Assembly (NCBI RefSeq): GCF_006345805.1 | Contig: NW_021829088.1 | Coordinates: 1-6,957 of the forward strand | DNA: 6,957 nt | Origin: Octopus sinensis | Taxonomy: Eukaryota | Direction: 5' to 3' | Shown here: one piece after another, positions 6,711 through 6,957 of the stretch | How positions within the stretch are numbered: position 1 is the first letter of the stretch | Layout of the letters: every line of letters begins with the position of its first letter | The notes under the pieces: generated by a model | The model's input: only the letters and a program-made list of their open reading frames with translations | What the model was told of the DNA's origin: nothing | Databases searched by the model: none | Position numbers and translations under genes: made by a program

Positions 6711-6957
6711 TTGACCCTTTTAATGACTTCTCTTCAGCCCAACCGCAAACACACACTCAAGACTCTATCAAAATCCCCAGGCCAAAACCAGACCTAAACC
6801 CCACGAACCCAATTCCACATTCTACACTTCGGAATGATTGACAGAGTTACTTTAGAATGGTTCCTCTAAAGTAATATGTCAAGGAATTAGTTGATGGTCA
6901 TATTTTATCCATACGAACCAGCACAGACATTAAGCAAAGCTAAATGAAGCGATATCT

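Overview
AT-rich, non-coding eukaryotic DNA (intergenic or intronic) with no supportable protein-coding gene. About a third of the window is tRNA-derived SINE sequence: six copies with recognisable heads, plus fragments. Much of the rest is microsatellite. From my recollection of these repeats, the source is most likely an octopus genome; I could not check this against a database. All ORFs in the supplied track are explained by microsatellites, repeat-derived frames or chance. The most informative region is 2289-3159. There, target-site duplications (TSDs) reveal three retro-insertions at one site, including a 275-bp poly(A)-tailed insert nested in a SINE head. That insert carries an exact 42-bp-period array of small stem-loops that recur next to its poly(A) signal and resemble the SINE tails. 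The SINEs share heads, bodies and tails in different combinations. There is also an unexplained chain of adjacent hairpins at 776-967. All alignments and counts were done by eye.
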